The notes: generated by a model from the letters alone, not told the origin. DNA of 61,855 nucleotides, filler included, from Platydemus manokwari (GCA_037951405.1; 6 parts of 6 records of this genome joined end to end with filler, not necessarily neighbours in it), one strand, 5' to 3'; positions 37,611 through 52,634 are shown, numbered from the whole stretch's first letter. A program made the numbers and translations.

Positions 37611-39614
37611 TTGTAAATTCAAATATATCCAGATTTCACAAGCAAATAATTTTGATTTTTCTCACACTTGCTGTGTTAGATTTTCAAAAATATATTTTTT
37701 CAATATTATTGATTTATATGTCGAATATATGTTTATCGATTATAATGATATAATAATCATTTCAATTTACTACTTTCAAATGATTTCGAACTGCTACGCA
37801 TCTGAAATAAATTGATTAAATAATATTAGAAACATTTCCGTGCCACTGATAATGAATTTTGTCCAAACATTTTGTCACCGTTTCCATTGTTTGGTATCGA
37901 TAATGATTGTCATGAAATAAGTGAATATTTGGATTCGACGATATGCATCTTTTTATTGGTTTTCAGTTCATTAACTATGTTCTTTCATTTTAAATTGTCA
38001 AATTGTTTAAAATGTGTCGAAAAAACCAATCAATATCACCTCATCAATTACAAAATCAATTTCCATTGATAGGAAATATTTTTCGGAATAAGAGGAATAT
38101 AAAACTTGAAGTTATTTATATTTAATCTATTCTATTTTAGTTTTCTTCGTGAGTACTTATTATTTCACATAATCTATTCACGACTACATGTTCATTTCCT
38201 CAATCGTTTCCTTTACAAAATCGCATCAATCTCTTTTGTTTATATTTGCATTTAATGAAAATTATTTGATTGGTTCAGTTTGGCGTAACATGTCTTATCA
38301 TGCTTGAGATGATAATTTGATATTTAAAAGATAATTTTTGACTGATTTCAACACTTTCAAGATAATTGTTTCAAATATAAAATTTTAAATTAATCGATAT
38401 AATTATTTATGTTTTATCAGTGACACACGAATGATGTGACACAAACAATACGAAATTTAAAGTAGAACATCGACAGTGTTGCAATTTAACCGTCTCATAC
38501 ATCTTTGTAGCATTCTCCTATGCATCTCAATTACAGAATCGCATTCCAGATGTTGTATGCTAAAATTCCGGATTAAAATAAAATCCTTTGCACATCCTAT
38601 CGTATAATATGTTATTGTTTTTCTAAGGCTGTTGAAAATTGTTTTCGCCATCATGGTAGTCTGGGATTTCTCAACAAATATCCAATTTTCTTAGAAAAAT
38701 CTTGTGAAAAGGACTCCTCTCTTAACCATATACATAATAAATGTAAGTTTCAATCGATATCAATATTCAATATTCAGAGAAACATCCAGCATGTTGTAAA
38801 GGTAGTGCCCATTCTTATTACACAGTCAACCCACTCCTATCTAAAGTCTTGAACTTTCGAATCAATAGATGTACTACTGGCATCTCTTCTTACTTTTAAT
38901 TATTTCTATAATAATCGTGTTGATAACGATAAAAAACGATAAGTTTATTTCTTTCAAAAGGATAGGAGTTTTGTCTCTATCTTCCCAAGCTTAGTAGCTT
39001 GCTAATAAATCCCTAGATAAAATTCCATATCTGCATATCTTTCTAATTTTTAAATGTATGGCATTTTTAATAAACGAGTGAAACTTCATATTATCAGCAA
39101 GATAAACAAACCACATTTTCGAATAAGACATTGTCTCAGATCTTAGCTCACTAGCCAATCGTCATCAAATGGTACTTCATGTCATACAACTATCTCACTT
39201 TAGTCTTCCCAAATTAGCCGGTATACAATCGATAGGTAAAAGCAATTAATATTGCCACAAAAGAAGAAAGACAAAATGTCTCCCACATGAAATTCTGAGG
39301 TTAAAACTATAAAAACCCCAGCACAACTTACGCAATTCGAATCTGTATATTATATTACTATCCCAATCGCTACTAACGATCTTCACTGTGCTGTATTGAT
39401 GTATTAAATGAAGTATGCTACAAATATCATACTTCTGATATTCAAATTCTATTTAATATTTTATCTGCTCTTTTTTAAATTAAAAAAATAAAACCTGTAC
39501 AAAATAACCAAGAACAAACACTTCAAATTACTGACAATAGTAGACCACTTAAAATGTTTGTCGTATGTCATCTATCAATCAACCATCTTGAATAACCAAA
39601 ATACTTTTTAGAAT

Positions 39615-39646
39615 TATTATCATTATTACTATTATTATTATTATTA

Positions 39647-39698
<52 letters not shown>
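39615..39698. repeat. (ATT)n microsatellite
   Basis: Directly visible, at a contig end. Confidence 0.95.
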
Positions 39699-39798
39699 NN
39701 NNNNNNNNNNNNNNNNNNNNNNNNNNNNNNNNNNNNNNNNNNTTAATTAATTAANNNNNNNNNNNNNNNNNNNNNNNNNNNNNNNNNNNNNNNNNNNN
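39699..39798. other. Artificial assembly spacer
   Basis: N44-TTAATTAATTAA-N44. Confidence 0.97.
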
Positions 39799-40910
39799 AT
39801 TGATTTTTATTATTTTATGAAATATATCAATGATATATTATCATTATCTGATTTATTGTTATAGATGTTGATTGACTGTGTTATAAGAATTTATAAATAT
39901 ATTTTTCGTCAACTTTGATAAAGAGATGTACCGAATTAATTCCCTGGAAAATACAATCGATTTTTAAGGATTATTAGTTTATTTCTTGGCTTTCAAAGCA
40001 ATTAAATCATTTACAAATATCGTTTTATATTTCATATACATTCAATCATAAAAGTCACATAAGAAATTCTAAATTTCATACAAGATATTATTTTATGCAC
40101 ATATAAGAAACGATTGAATAAAATATCGTTTTGAACTAATTTATAAAATATTGCGACAGAAAATCACTTGATTTTTACCGAGAAACAAACCTAATGGGAA
40201 ATTATTAAAATGTACATTATAATCTTCACTACTCAATATTCCATTAACTGCTACTGTTTTGTATAACACACATGAGTCCAATGTGAGAGATATGCTGATA
40301 TGTAGCCAAAATCTAATTACAGGGGGTGCTAATATTTAGCGGTGAATAAATTGGCCAGGAATTCGAAACACCAGTGAGTATTATTAAATGATTAATTCGA
40401 GATTTTATCGGATACTGATGAGTAGAAATGACTTCGAAACCAGCCAATCTGAGCAGTAACCACTGCAATTACCAAGGATCCAATCGGTAAATCGTAATAA
40501 TCTTAACATTTAATAATAATTTTGAAGACCAATCAATAATTATTATTCATTATTTATCAATTATATCTAAGTGAAATAATATTTTCTAATTGATTAATAA
40601 TATTAAATAACAATAATATTTCACAAACCTCATCATAAATGATAATAATTATAAAATATTTTTCAAATATCAAAAATTAACCAATCAAATTCATTCTAAA
40701 AATAGGCGCTCTAATCGAAATAAAACAAACAAAAGCTCTCGAGATATATTTACTTATCGCTTGATTTCGACCAATCAATCTCGACAATTGAAGTTTCGAG
40801 CCGTATGTGAATATTAATAAATAAATAAAAATATTGCGCAATTCTTGATTAAGGGGAAACCCGATGATGACGTAACACAACCCAACATATGACATATATG
40901 ACAATCTCAC

Positions 40911-42194
40911 CAACAAATGGGTTGTCATCGAGAAATTCGAATGTTTTCTTTGTCCCAATGACAAAACTCGACACAATTTTACCGGGCCGCAATGTTTTGT
41001 TGGCATTTGTGATGACACCGCTCTGTACCAGTGGTAAAATGCCATCGGAAAACATTTCCGTATGGACACCGAGATTCTTGTGACTCATACATTGTGAGAG
41101 GACAGCATCAGGAATTGAGCCAATACCTAGATATAAAACCATGGATTAATGTCTGTATCTTCTGAGACAGGGGTACACTGACCCATCTGTAATGTTGATC
41201 CATCGGCAACAAGATTGTGAGCAATTAATTTACCGATTTTCATTTCATCATCCGATATTTTGCGGGGTAACAATTCATGAAGATCCATTGAATGATGCAT
41301 CATAACATCAATATGACTAACATGGATACTGGCATCACCTCTCGTGGTGGGCATGCGAGGGTTGACCAATGCTGCATTATTTTACAGACACAAATCATGG
41401 ATTTTATCATTCAATACATTTCTATTATTACAGATTACCAATTAAAATCGAAATTAAAATAAAATTAATTTAATTAAAAATCTATGAGAATCAAAATAAC
41501 TTTTTATAAAGAAAATGATTAATAGGGTACCGAACCACTTTACAACAGAAAATTTGACATATTTGATTAAAAATAACTAAATTACCGACGATAAATTTAG
41601 CATTTTGAATAGCAGATCTGGTTACATCAACACTGGGACCAAGTGAACAGAATCCATGTCTATCAGGTGGAGTGACTTGAATAAGAGCAAGATCTAATTT
41701 GATAATATTCCTCCGAAAAAGCAGTGGTATTTCGCTAAGAAAAATTGGTGTATAATCAGCCCTACCGATGTTAATCGGTGCCCGGCAATTAGAACCGGTA
41801 AATAATGAATTCGACCGAAAAATACTTTCATATTCAGAACTGTGAAAAGGAACTTCACCTTCCGTATGTATATGATGAATCGTTAAATTTTTAAGTTTTT
41901 TTTCCAAAGCATATTTGCCGAAGTATTCCGTTAATGGTGTCGGAGTCGCAGCTCCACCATGCAAAAATACATGACCACCTGGATATTTAAAATTATTGCT
42001 GTTATTTTTAATAAGCATTCACCATTTTCAATCTTTAAGCCTTCGAATAAGCTATCTGCGTTTTCTGCCCATTTTGGAAACTTTCCTGGAATTGGATGAT
42101 AAGGCTCATTTGATGATTCTTCATAAAATGCTCTTCTGGAAAGTTTATAAGGTTTCGAAACTTTTGAAAATTGACTAAGAAGTCGCTTTAGCAT
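40911..42194 (-). CDS. Acetyl-CoA hydrolase / 4-hydroxybutyrate CoA-transferase family protein (acetate:succinate CoA-transferase-like, mitochondrial); 3' exons not found
   Basis: Exons 42023-42194 (Arg/Lys/Ser-rich presequence MLKRLLSQFSKVSK), 41586-41978 (VFLHGGAATP, RADYTPIFLSEIP, VTPPDRHGFCSLGPSVD), 41183-41371 (NPRMPTTRGD...DGSTLQMG), 40911-41126 (IGSIPDAVL...LGVHTEMFSDG, containing the catalytic Glu). Confidence 0.92.
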
Positions 42195-43168
42195 TATTTT
42201 AAAATAGTTTCATTAGATAAATTCAGAACTAAATTTAAACGTGATGAATGACGGATAATCAAAATAAAATATTCAAATATTCAGTGACAAATAAATAAAA
42301 TTAAACAAACACATTAAGTTAATAAAATATCTAGAATTAAATGTTAATTTTGAAATATATAAATCAGAAACTAAAAAACTAAGCTCAAGACTTCATAAAT
42401 CAAGGTATTGAACAACAAAAGTTTAAATAATTAATTTTAGAGCCACTGTGAGTTCAAATTGTAAGTATGTGATTTGACATTATTCAATAGTTTTCATGAA
42501 TTCCATCATCGCATGGTGACTTTCCTTTTGATAAATAAAAATTAATTGTTATGGTAGAATTTTATAACTAAAGTATTTTCAATTGTAGAATTTTTTAAAT
42601 GTTTACTAAAAATGATATTTTTACAATTTTGTTTTAAGTCGCTATTATAAAGCTAGAACTCATTTAATTTATATTTGTAATCTATTCATTATGTTCTCTC
42701 TCAGGTATTCAAGTAAACAACAAGACTACAAAGATTCATGACTGTTTGAATCAATAATTTTAACATTCTTCCTTAGTCGTGGACATTTATAATATTATAG
42801 ATTTGTTTGACATATTTAGTTAAAATACTTTGTGATTGTTTGATGTTTTCAATTGTTTCTGTCATTCAAATTAATATATTTATTATTTATAGTAATTCGC
42901 TAACATGTCACTCTTACAATGTTTACTAAATATTATTCACGTATATCAAATTAAAATTTTTAACAAATCGTATTATATTATTCATACGTAATTAATTTTA
43001 TCATGTTATTATTCATATATAGTTTGATTTTATCTATTAAAATAATTGCGATAAATTTATTATTGAAATTAAATATCCGCGAAAACCAGTATCATTATAT
43101 CTATCTATTTCGAAAATTTTTTAAACAAAATTAGTGTAAAACCTATACTCATTAATGCAAACCGAATG

Positions 43169-43528
43169 TCACGCTTTTGCCAGAGTATCAAAAATATTGT
43201 TTAACCTTTGAGACAAACCGTTTAATTCTTGTCTGAATTCTTCTGCTCCTGTTTGGAAATTTTTCACTGGATTTTCCGTATCGTTTCGAGAATGAGTTCG
43301 CGATTCACCATTATTTAAACTGATATTAAAACGACGAATTTCATTGTCGATATCTTTTAAAACCGATTTGAATTGTTGGCGATAATCTATAATTATATTC
43401 GACATATTGCATTGGATATGATCTATTTTCTGCAAAGAAAATTGACATTGATTGAGTAAATTTGACATGATCTGAACTTCATCATTACAAACTCCATCTT
43501 GATAATTTTCATAACAGCTTTCATTCAT
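43169..43528 (-). CDS. Hypothetical 119-aa protein, likely helical/coiled-coil, no recognised family
   Basis: ATG-to-stop ORF with a hydrophilic, protein-like composition unusual for chance ORFs in this AT-rich DNA; heptad-like FRQELNGLSQRLNNIFDTL. Confidence 0.4.
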   Translation of the reverse strand: MNESCYENYQDGVCNDEVQIMSNLLNQCQFSLQKIDHIQCNMSNIIIDYRQQFKSVLKDIDNEIRRFNISLNNGESRTHSRNDTENPVKNFQTGAEEFRQELNGLSQRLNNIFDTLAKA

Positions 43529-45367
43529 TGATTTATTTAATAATCCATTAAATTCAAATATTTAATTTTCATACTTTAACATTCTAATCAAAAATGTTTG
43601 TTTATTAGATTTATTATCTTTAGGGAGATTAATAATTAAGAAAAGGCATTGAAGAAAAATATAAAATCGAATTATATCAAAGCTGTCTAGTTCGTTAAAT
43701 TAAGATATCTATAAAAACACGACAAAGCCCTGAGGCACGAGTTCAGTTTTGTTACGATGAAGGTATTTTGTTGAAGCCAAATAACAAGATGTATGAGAAT
43801 ATGAACATTATCGAGTAATAGAATATTTTAGAGATAAACTTCTTGGATTGCAGCAATAGAATTCATGTTAGATTGACAATGTTGATTGATAAATACTAGG
43901 AGCAAATTTGAAAATAAAGAAATAATAAATGTGACAAAAGACATTCTTACAGAACTAATAATTAAAATTGAGAGTGCTCGAAATAATTTAATGATGATCT
44001 TAGTTCAAGGATAAAAATATTTTAAATTTCTTTCTGCAAAATTTATATTTTAATGATTTATGAGAATTTCTTAATAATATCTTGTTAAAGGGAGATCATT
44101 ATGAGTTGGTTTCAGCTTTACATATTAGCTCAAGTTGTCTTCTTTATATAATTCGGTTAATAAGACAAAAACAACACTCGGTGATAATAATTTTAATCAC
44201 ACTCAGTACAATTACGAACGAAATGTACCTTAATCAGTTAATTAAGAGTGGATATAGGATCATCAAAACTATGAATGATTTTCGATATATTTGGTATAGG
44301 TTTTAAACAGTAATATATTCTTTTACTAATACTCTCACCGAAATTAACCTATTAGCATTTAGTTGATGCTTTCCAATTGGGTCAAGTTCTTGTTCAAAGT
44401 TTCACATGTTTATTCTCGAATAAAACTAAATTAAACTGTTAATTTTGGAATTATTGTTAATTCAATGGTCATCCCTTTTTTTATGGAGTTCACTAACTGA
44501 ATCGGCTACCTATATGCACCATTTCATAAGCAGCAAATTCCCTACTATCGTTGACTCAATCTCTGACTGCTAACTAGCCTTTATAATATGACCTATGGAT
44601 ATTTAGTTTTCTAGGTTACTTTTCTTTTTCCTTTGATCGAACAATTCAATTATTATAAATTTAATATTAATTAATACTGTTAGGTACTTATGAGCAATAA
44701 ATAACTGACTCCAATACGAAGGTGTATTAATCAATACACGAACTACAAATTCTTAACCCAAACTTGGCTTTCAACTGGCAGTTGTCCATCTTTACATCGA
44801 TTTTTAAACTTGCGAGCTGTGTGTATTTTTTGTGTCATGTTGTATCACAATTTGATTTGGTATTTCTTTCACTGTGTTCTTATTGGGTTTTTAAGTTTTT
44901 ACATGGCTCGGATTGGTCAATCCCTACATGTGTGTCTTGTGTAGCTATGCCCCCTTTCCAATTGTAATTCACCATCTATCTTCACTGTAATTGACTGATT
45001 GCCATGATCATATAGCTCTGTAGGTATGCAAATGTTCAAAGTGCCAAAACAAGGGTTCCAAGGTGCAATTCCGTTTTTCTTTTTGCAGAATTTAATCTCA
45101 TTCAACAATACCAACAAAAGTTAGTTAATTAATTTTTAGTTAATTAATATATTTTAAAATAAGCACGATATATATATATATATACTCTACTAAATTGAAC
45201 TGTTGAGTTCCAACTCTCTTGACGTAGCTCACATCCTAGAAAATTTAGAAGTGGTCTTAACTTCGTTAAAGTCATTTAGCTTCTCATCAAAATTCTCACC
45301 ACATCTTAAATTTTAAAAAATATAAACAAAAGTGTTAACGACACAAATTTTAAATTATATTTTATAA

Positions 45368-48300
45368 TCAAGGATTTATTGTCATGTTTTTGATTGGTCG
45401 ATACAATTCCAGTGGAAGAAATAAGTGAATCATCAATCCACCTAGAAATACCACTAAAACACACCCCAACACTATGATTCTTTTGTAGATTATTGACTTA
45501 TCCACCACTTTTCGAGGAGGAGGAAGTTTAACAATATCGATGGAGCACATTATAGGATGGCTTGGAGTTCGGATATGCGATGGCGACTTCTTTTCGTCTT
45601 CAATGTCCATTGCACACAATGGAAGAAGCTCTGAAAAAAGACGAAAATATATTTCTGATAGTACTTTGACAGAGAAGTGTTACTTGATGTTTCATCATCG
45701 TTTGAGTTGTTAGTTTTCGATAAAATTCTTTGCTGAGCCTGAAAATATGAATTTCAGTGGTGATTGAGATAAATGTAAATACGAATATCAGTAAATATAT
45801 GTTTGTCATTTAATATGTTAGAGAGAATTACGATATTCGTCTTCTTTTAAATTTCAAATCTTTCTCAATAAACATATATCATTTGATCTGTGATTCTAAT
45901 ATTCAATAAATCAAGAATAGGTTTGAGAATTTCCTAATACATCTGTGATTAAAGACTGACTGGAAAAGTCAAAATTATAGCGTAGGTTTATGTGTCGTAA
46001 AAATGACGTTTTTCATTCTGAGTCTCATGAATTGATAAGATACTATTCTTGAATAGACTTTTGACTTGAAATTGATTCATGGTTATTGTAAGAGTTATAA
46101 ATATTCACTGATTAAACTCTAATTTATTCCAACAATATAGTTTAAATATAGATAGGTTTCATAATAGTCTCTCTCTACTCATCTGTATTTGATTTAATAT
46201 CGATAGAAATGAAACCCATCGTCCATTTCACTCACTTTTACAATTACTTACTTTCTAATTGAGAGATACTGTTGTAATTGGATTGCAATTTCTTACAATG
46301 ATTCAGATATCAACAAAATAACATGTTATCTACTAAATAAAAGCTTTAACCAAAGATATAATTTTCAATATAACTAGTCATTCATAAAATGGACAGTGAT
46401 ATATAAAGGAAAAGTGCTCATTATATATTCAGTATTATCTTAAAAATCTTATCTTTACTCAACACATGAACTTAGATTTAGTCAACTCTGACTAAGTGTT
46501 TTTATTCTATAATGTTAATCAATAATATCATCGATTAATTTGACAAAATTCAGATACAATTTATATATAACTTGAATGCTTAATGTGTAATATGAAATGC
46601 TTTGGAGCATTATTTATAACTCAAGCAGTCATCATATATTTCTATTAGAAGCGCAGTTGTTATCCAATTATTTCGATGGTAATTGTGCTTAATTCCAAAC
46701 TATTAAAGTTGTTTACCTCGATCAAATCTTAGTCGATTGTTAGGAAACTGATAAATTAGAAATACAGCGAAAAGTCATTTAATGGAGCGGTAGGATTCTG
46801 TAAATTTTAAAGAATTTATTTCAATAGTTCTAGATATTCATAATTTAGATCGAGAAATGAACAATTTGATTCATATTAATTAATAGAAGATTATGATGAC
46901 ACTACTACAAGAATAATATGATAATCATAATAAATGGAAATATTAATAATAACCAAGCGTGCTTGTTTATCCCAATTTTGACATTCCAAGACCAAAAAGC
47001 ATGCAGAGACCGAAATTATAGAACCAATAGTAATGCCAATCCAAATACCTAGGAATGAAATATTGCTTATTTTTATTATTCGTTATAATTAATTTTATTA
47101 TTTATAATTTTATATATAACCATTTTTATTACATATAATCAGTGTTACTATGACAATTAATACCTTTAACACTCAAGTGAAACACAAATCCCAGAATTAT
47201 TGATGATGGTAAACTTAAAATATAAAATGCCACAAACGTCACTAAACAACCAGAGTATTGTCGTCCACAACCTCTGAATCCGCCTGATACGACTCCCTAA
47301 GATAATTCATAAATGATTACTAAATCGAAATATTCACTGAGAAAGGATCCACTAAAAATAATAGATACATATATGGTAAAACATCTGTCACCATTTCGAT
47401 AATTTCTCTAAATTTATATTTATATAATGAGAAATTATATAATATTTTACTCACGGATCGTTAGTGTACACTAAAGGAATTTGATATCTCAAGCTCACAA
47501 TGAGTGAAGCCAAAAATATGACAGTAATTCCTAAACAATTTATGAACGAAATTTAAGTTTATTATTATATTAATAAAGTTCACAAGGTACCTGTAACCAT
47601 CATTGACGATCTGTAAGCTAACTTGGCAAGGGCGGGATTATTTGCACCGAGACATTGACCAACACGAATATTACATGAAATTCCTGCTCCGTAGTATATC
47701 TTAAAAACGGGTATTTTTGAGATGAAAATATATTTATAAATATAAAATTTTATATTATAATTATATACTTAATAATTTAATGTATTATTGTATTTCTATG
47801 AATATTTATAAGGACAGCACAATATACAGAACCTGGTAATTTATTCTGCCATATTCATCAAGTAGAATAATTAATGGTGCCATATGGACCTTAACGTTTA
47901 TCTAAATACTAATCCTGAGTACTCATACACAGCTTCATCCAATCATAAGTTAGAATTATTATAATTTCGTATGTTTGATTATGAGCGACTTACAGTTTGA
48001 TACAAAGAAATAAACCATTTAATTTTATAGTGATCAACGATTAAATATATCGCTTTTCCTATCTCTAGCTTGTTGAAGTTGTCTGATTCTGATTGGTTGT
48101 CTTCAAAAGTGTTTGCTTGCGAAGTTTCTTCTGATAAGATTGTTGTAGTAGAATTAATAAATTTGTTGCCACTGATTTAAGGGATTGATTTATCAGTAAC
48201 TGCTAAACGCGATAACATCGAGTGAAGACTATTTTAACATATACCGTGTATTAAGTGTGTTTTCTTAAAATGAAGTTGCTATTCACGAGGCCTTACACTG

Positions 48301-51300
48301 AATAATTCAGATTGCTTTATTTATTTACATAGTTCATTCTGATGGAATAATAATAATTAAAGATTTTAATGAATTTAGAATTTACGATAATAGATAGAGA
48401 AAAGATTGTGAGGATCTAAAAATGAATTAAAAAGATATATTATTGGAATTAATACTAAATTATCGATTTTATTTATTTAAATAATCTAATTGAATGTACT
48501 TTGTATATTTTGACTTTTCAATTCGTTTTCAATGTGTGTTTAATGAAATATTCATGGCTGACTATTTTTATATAAAAATAGTAAATTGAATAAAATATAG
48601 CAGGAAATTGGCTCATTTCAGTAAAAATATGAATACAATCAATTATCATAAATGTAGTATAATCAATAATTTAGTAACAATGGCCTTCACCATTAAATAA
48701 TACACTTAGTACATATTTAGTGTTATGCAAATGCGTCTGTGTTTCCTAAGAGTAAAAAATATAGTTCATATAAGTAACTGATAAAGACTTTTAAAATAAT
48801 TACAGAATTTTCTAAACAATTTATATTGTGTGTTGTTTAAGTAATTATTTAAATGAGAATTAAATAAAATTGCCATAGCGATATTAAACGATTGGTAATG
48901 AACAATAATCCTCTAACCATGACCTAATGATAAAAACATCAATCGTAAGACACAATTTTTGATGTTCAGCTGTTATTGAATCTTTATTAATCTGTTTCAT
49001 CATTCTTGACTTCATTGGATAACAATTTACGCACTAATTTCATCCATATTTTCCACTGTTACCTAATCTTTAATATGTCTTGTAAATAAAATAGGTTATG
49101 TATTGTTTGAAAAATTCTTTCTATTCGGCGGTTATCAGTAATTAATATCCTTACTCGAATTCAGTTTTCAATGGACCAATATGTAACTCAATCATTTATT
49201 GTTTACTATATTTATCCAATCTACGTATTGATAAATTTGCACCAAAATATGTCTTTCAAGATTAACATATGTTCAAGATTATGATTAATAAGGTAAGAGA
49301 AAAGTTAAATCGTTTTGGAGTATGAATAATTGACACGGTCTTTCTTTTTAATTACGGGTATTTTAATTCTATGAGAATTATGCATGAACTTTCGATCAAG
49401 TAGAAAATAAAACAAATTCAAAAATCCAATTTTTACCATGAATGATATGGCCAATAATTGCAGCATGATAGATTGCGTTGCAAGCTCGACGTTCCCCAGC
49501 ATTCCTTAATTTTAAATTACAATTCAGTTTATTATACAACGCATTAGTATTATTGTATTCTTCTAAGTATATTGCATTACAGGTATAAAGTAATGATTAA
49601 AGCATCAAATTATATTACCCCAGAGGCTGTCTAATCTAAATATTAAATTTTTAATCAAATCTTAATGATGATGGTAATGAAAATAATTATTTACAGTCAT
49701 AATTTAATAATAATTATTATTATCAACATTAATTTTTCAATGGTTTTGATAATTTTTTAAGTGAGACTATTCTCCAACTAATTTATCTATCCGTTCTACC
49801 AATCAACATCGAGTAATACTTCGAACTCACTATTTCATAATTCGTTCAATTGGTTATTGAAAACTAGAACTATTTCATTCAGTCACTATCACTCATCACT
49901 TGACAACTAAACACTTGTATTTGGATTTCAATTTAATATCAGTAAATTTAAAATCAAAATATTTATGAAAAACAACCAATGAGTTTTGATTTGATGTAGA
50001 AAAATTGTCGTCGACACCAGTTTCTTTGAACATTTTTCTTTTTTAATGAAACATGTGAGGTTAAACTTAGGTCTAATAATAAATTAAAATTTATTTTATG
50101 AATACCTCCCATAAATACACATGCTTCCCACATTATGGATTCAAATGCGATAAGTCCTACTCCAGCTATTCCAAGCTTGAACATATCACTCCAATCATAG
50201 AAAGCCTCTAATTGAAATCCTGAAAATGTTAATGATGTAAAATTCTATTATAGAATAATTATTAAAACAATAAACAAAATTATTCCGATTTTTGTAAACA
50301 TTTTATCACTATTTCAGGTTCGTATAACGTTAATGTATGTCACAAAAGGCAATAGACAAAACAGTAAGTCTAGACATTGATAAATCTCAATGCTCTACAC
50401 CAATGTACTCCGTTATCTGCAATTAATATTTTAATTGAACTCATTGTTAAGATATGCTTAAACGGAGTACAGTAATCCACATCTTAATCGAAATAAAACT
50501 AAATAATAATCAATAAGGTATTTTTTAAGATCTAAAAATAAAAAATCAATGTTGGTTACTTATTGACTGCACACACAGGTATCGATAATAAAAGAATTAT
50601 AAAAAATCTTCATGAAAAACCAAAATTTATAATAATGACCACTTTTTAAACCATTAAGTGTACTCATTGAGTATATGCAGGGTGTCCCACAGCTAAACCC
50701 TCAACTAACATCTGCAGGAATTTATTGAATATTTTTAAAATGGTGTTTGATCCATTTGTGATAGAGTCTACTAACCTTAAACATTCAAATTCTTTTTATT
50801 ATCGATTCTTTTATTAAATTTTAACAATCCCGTAATATAAAACCCTTAATTTTTATTTATAGAAAACCGTCGCTGAGTGGTCGTAACTTTTGAAGATTTA
50901 TTCAGCAGATCAATCCATCATAAATAAACTTCTTTACTATCTTGATTTTAATCAACTGGAAGTGTTGACAAAATTTACAAGCTGAACCCCGTGGTGATAA
51001 TTAAGAAAATGAACTTGGTACAGTTGCTAATGTTGTGAATGAATTCGGTGATACTTTCTCCATAAGAAAGGCACCTAAAAATTAGCATTTCAAAAATCTT
51101 GAGTTCGTTTTTATTCTGAAAATGAACTCAAAAATAAAATTTGAAAACGGAAGATTTTATAAAACGAATCATAGAGATGTTCACAGTAAAACATATATAA
51201 CATCACATAATTATTCCTTTTATTATGTAATTGAGATGATGCTATCAATCAAAACTGCTGCTCAATTTTTAAATACCTTTGGATTCAGTTTCTAGCAATT

Positions 51301-52245
51301 CTGTTTTATCCTAACAGCAGGAATCCACTATGATAATTTATTTGTCAAGATTTATGAACCCATTCCTATAAAATCAATGAATTGTAAGTGATTTGATTTA
51401 ATGCCTATCTGTTTTTATCACCCATGTAATCGAATAGCATTGACAAGGTGTTTGAAGGGTAAATGTTACCTTTATTCTTTTTTACTTTATTTTTGCAACC
51501 TTCAATATTTAATGATAACAGTATCTATTTTAAACGTTTTAAACATTATAATATTATAATATCATTATAATATAATAAATCATTTACCTGGCCAAGTGAA
51601 AACGTAAAATTTTGATTTGATTACGTAAACTACTTCGACCAATACCATCATTGCATATGACATTGCATGACAAAGTGCTGACGCTCTAGAAATGTAACAT
51701 TTCAAATTAGTAAAATGACCTGATAACACAATCAGATAACTTCACGCCATATTGTAAATAAATCACGAATAATAATTGAGAACAAATGTTGAAAATATTT
51801 CCACAGATGGCAGCTACAACAGGAGGCCATAAACAACCCTATCAATAGAATATTCTGATTAAGTCACATAATGAATTTATTACCTGGTCTTGCATGTATC
51901 TGGCTAACAGTAAATAGTTGATCATAAACTGGGTGTAAAAATAAATCAATCAAAATTAATAATAATAATAAAATTATTAATAAAAATAATGATAATAATT
52001 ACATTATATTATGTGTATTAAATTATAATGCTCTTAAATTAATGACATACTGTTAATCCAGGAGTATACATGATCAGAAATTCGCCAGTTATTCTAAAAA
52101 TTTTAAGCAACACATATGATAATAATAAATATTATTAGTGTCAACCTGGAAATCTCAGAATTTTGACCACACAATATCAGTAATGGTTCAAAATTGATGT
52201 GTAAGGCCCATAAACAGATTGGAACCAAATTCATTAATAAGAAAC
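45368..52245 (-). CDS. SLC47A: MATE/SLC47 multidrug and toxin extrusion transporter; multi-exon, 5' exons missing
   Basis: Exons include CLWALHINFEPLLILCGQNSEIS (52146-52245), ARYMQDQ, GCLWPPVVAAICGNIFN, TWPG / FQLEAFYDWSDMFKLGI...FESIMWE (50104-50220), LGNVELATQSI (49436-49505), CNIRVGQCLGANNP (47590-47700), GGFRGCGRQYSG (47162-47296), GIWIGI (46951-47049), and the animal-type 13th TM YKRIIVLGCVLVVFLGGLMI (45368-45629). Confidence 0.92.
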
Positions 52246-52634
52246 CTGAATGATAAAATAAATGAAATTAAATAATCGACGTGAACCTCTTTGCAAGAAC
52301 AATCCAGTTCTTTTCTTGTTATCCGATCCGAAAGACTGAAATATAAATCACAATAATTAATTAAAATCAAAAAGATCAAAAATTGTGTTTTATTTTTCGT
52401 TAACGATTTATTTAAGATGCGGTATAAATGAGTTTGACAAAGGACTGAACTCATATTTTTAAATTTTGCCGTTCATCTAATTTTTGTTGCTTCGTTTATT
52501 TCAGATATTCAATTGTCAAGATTGTTGGTTGCTAAAAATTCTTCATTTTTTATGTTTAAATCACAGGACATGATTTCACCGAACAAATAATGAGTAATTA
52601 TAATACATCCATTTTAAAAAAATATTCGATAATT

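Noticed and set aside
38650-39300. Tc1/mariner transposase C-terminus (CNKNGHYLYNML on the minus strand)
   Set aside because: Single weak motif; no convincing catalytic motif or TIR.
40200-40502. Candidate missing C-terminal exons of the CoA-transferase
   Set aside because: Only vague resemblance; no DLTGQ or GGQxDF motif, and no splice-consistent open frame on either strand.
40677-41083. Overlapping alternative-frame or antisense ORFs on the CoA-transferase (similarly 2953-3147, 29163-29666, 36047-36256, 61500-61703)
   Set aside because: Shadows of real coding exons, with no motifs of their own.
50676-50720. cagggtgtccca Tc1-like TIR in a MATE intron
   Set aside because: No partner inverted terminus found.
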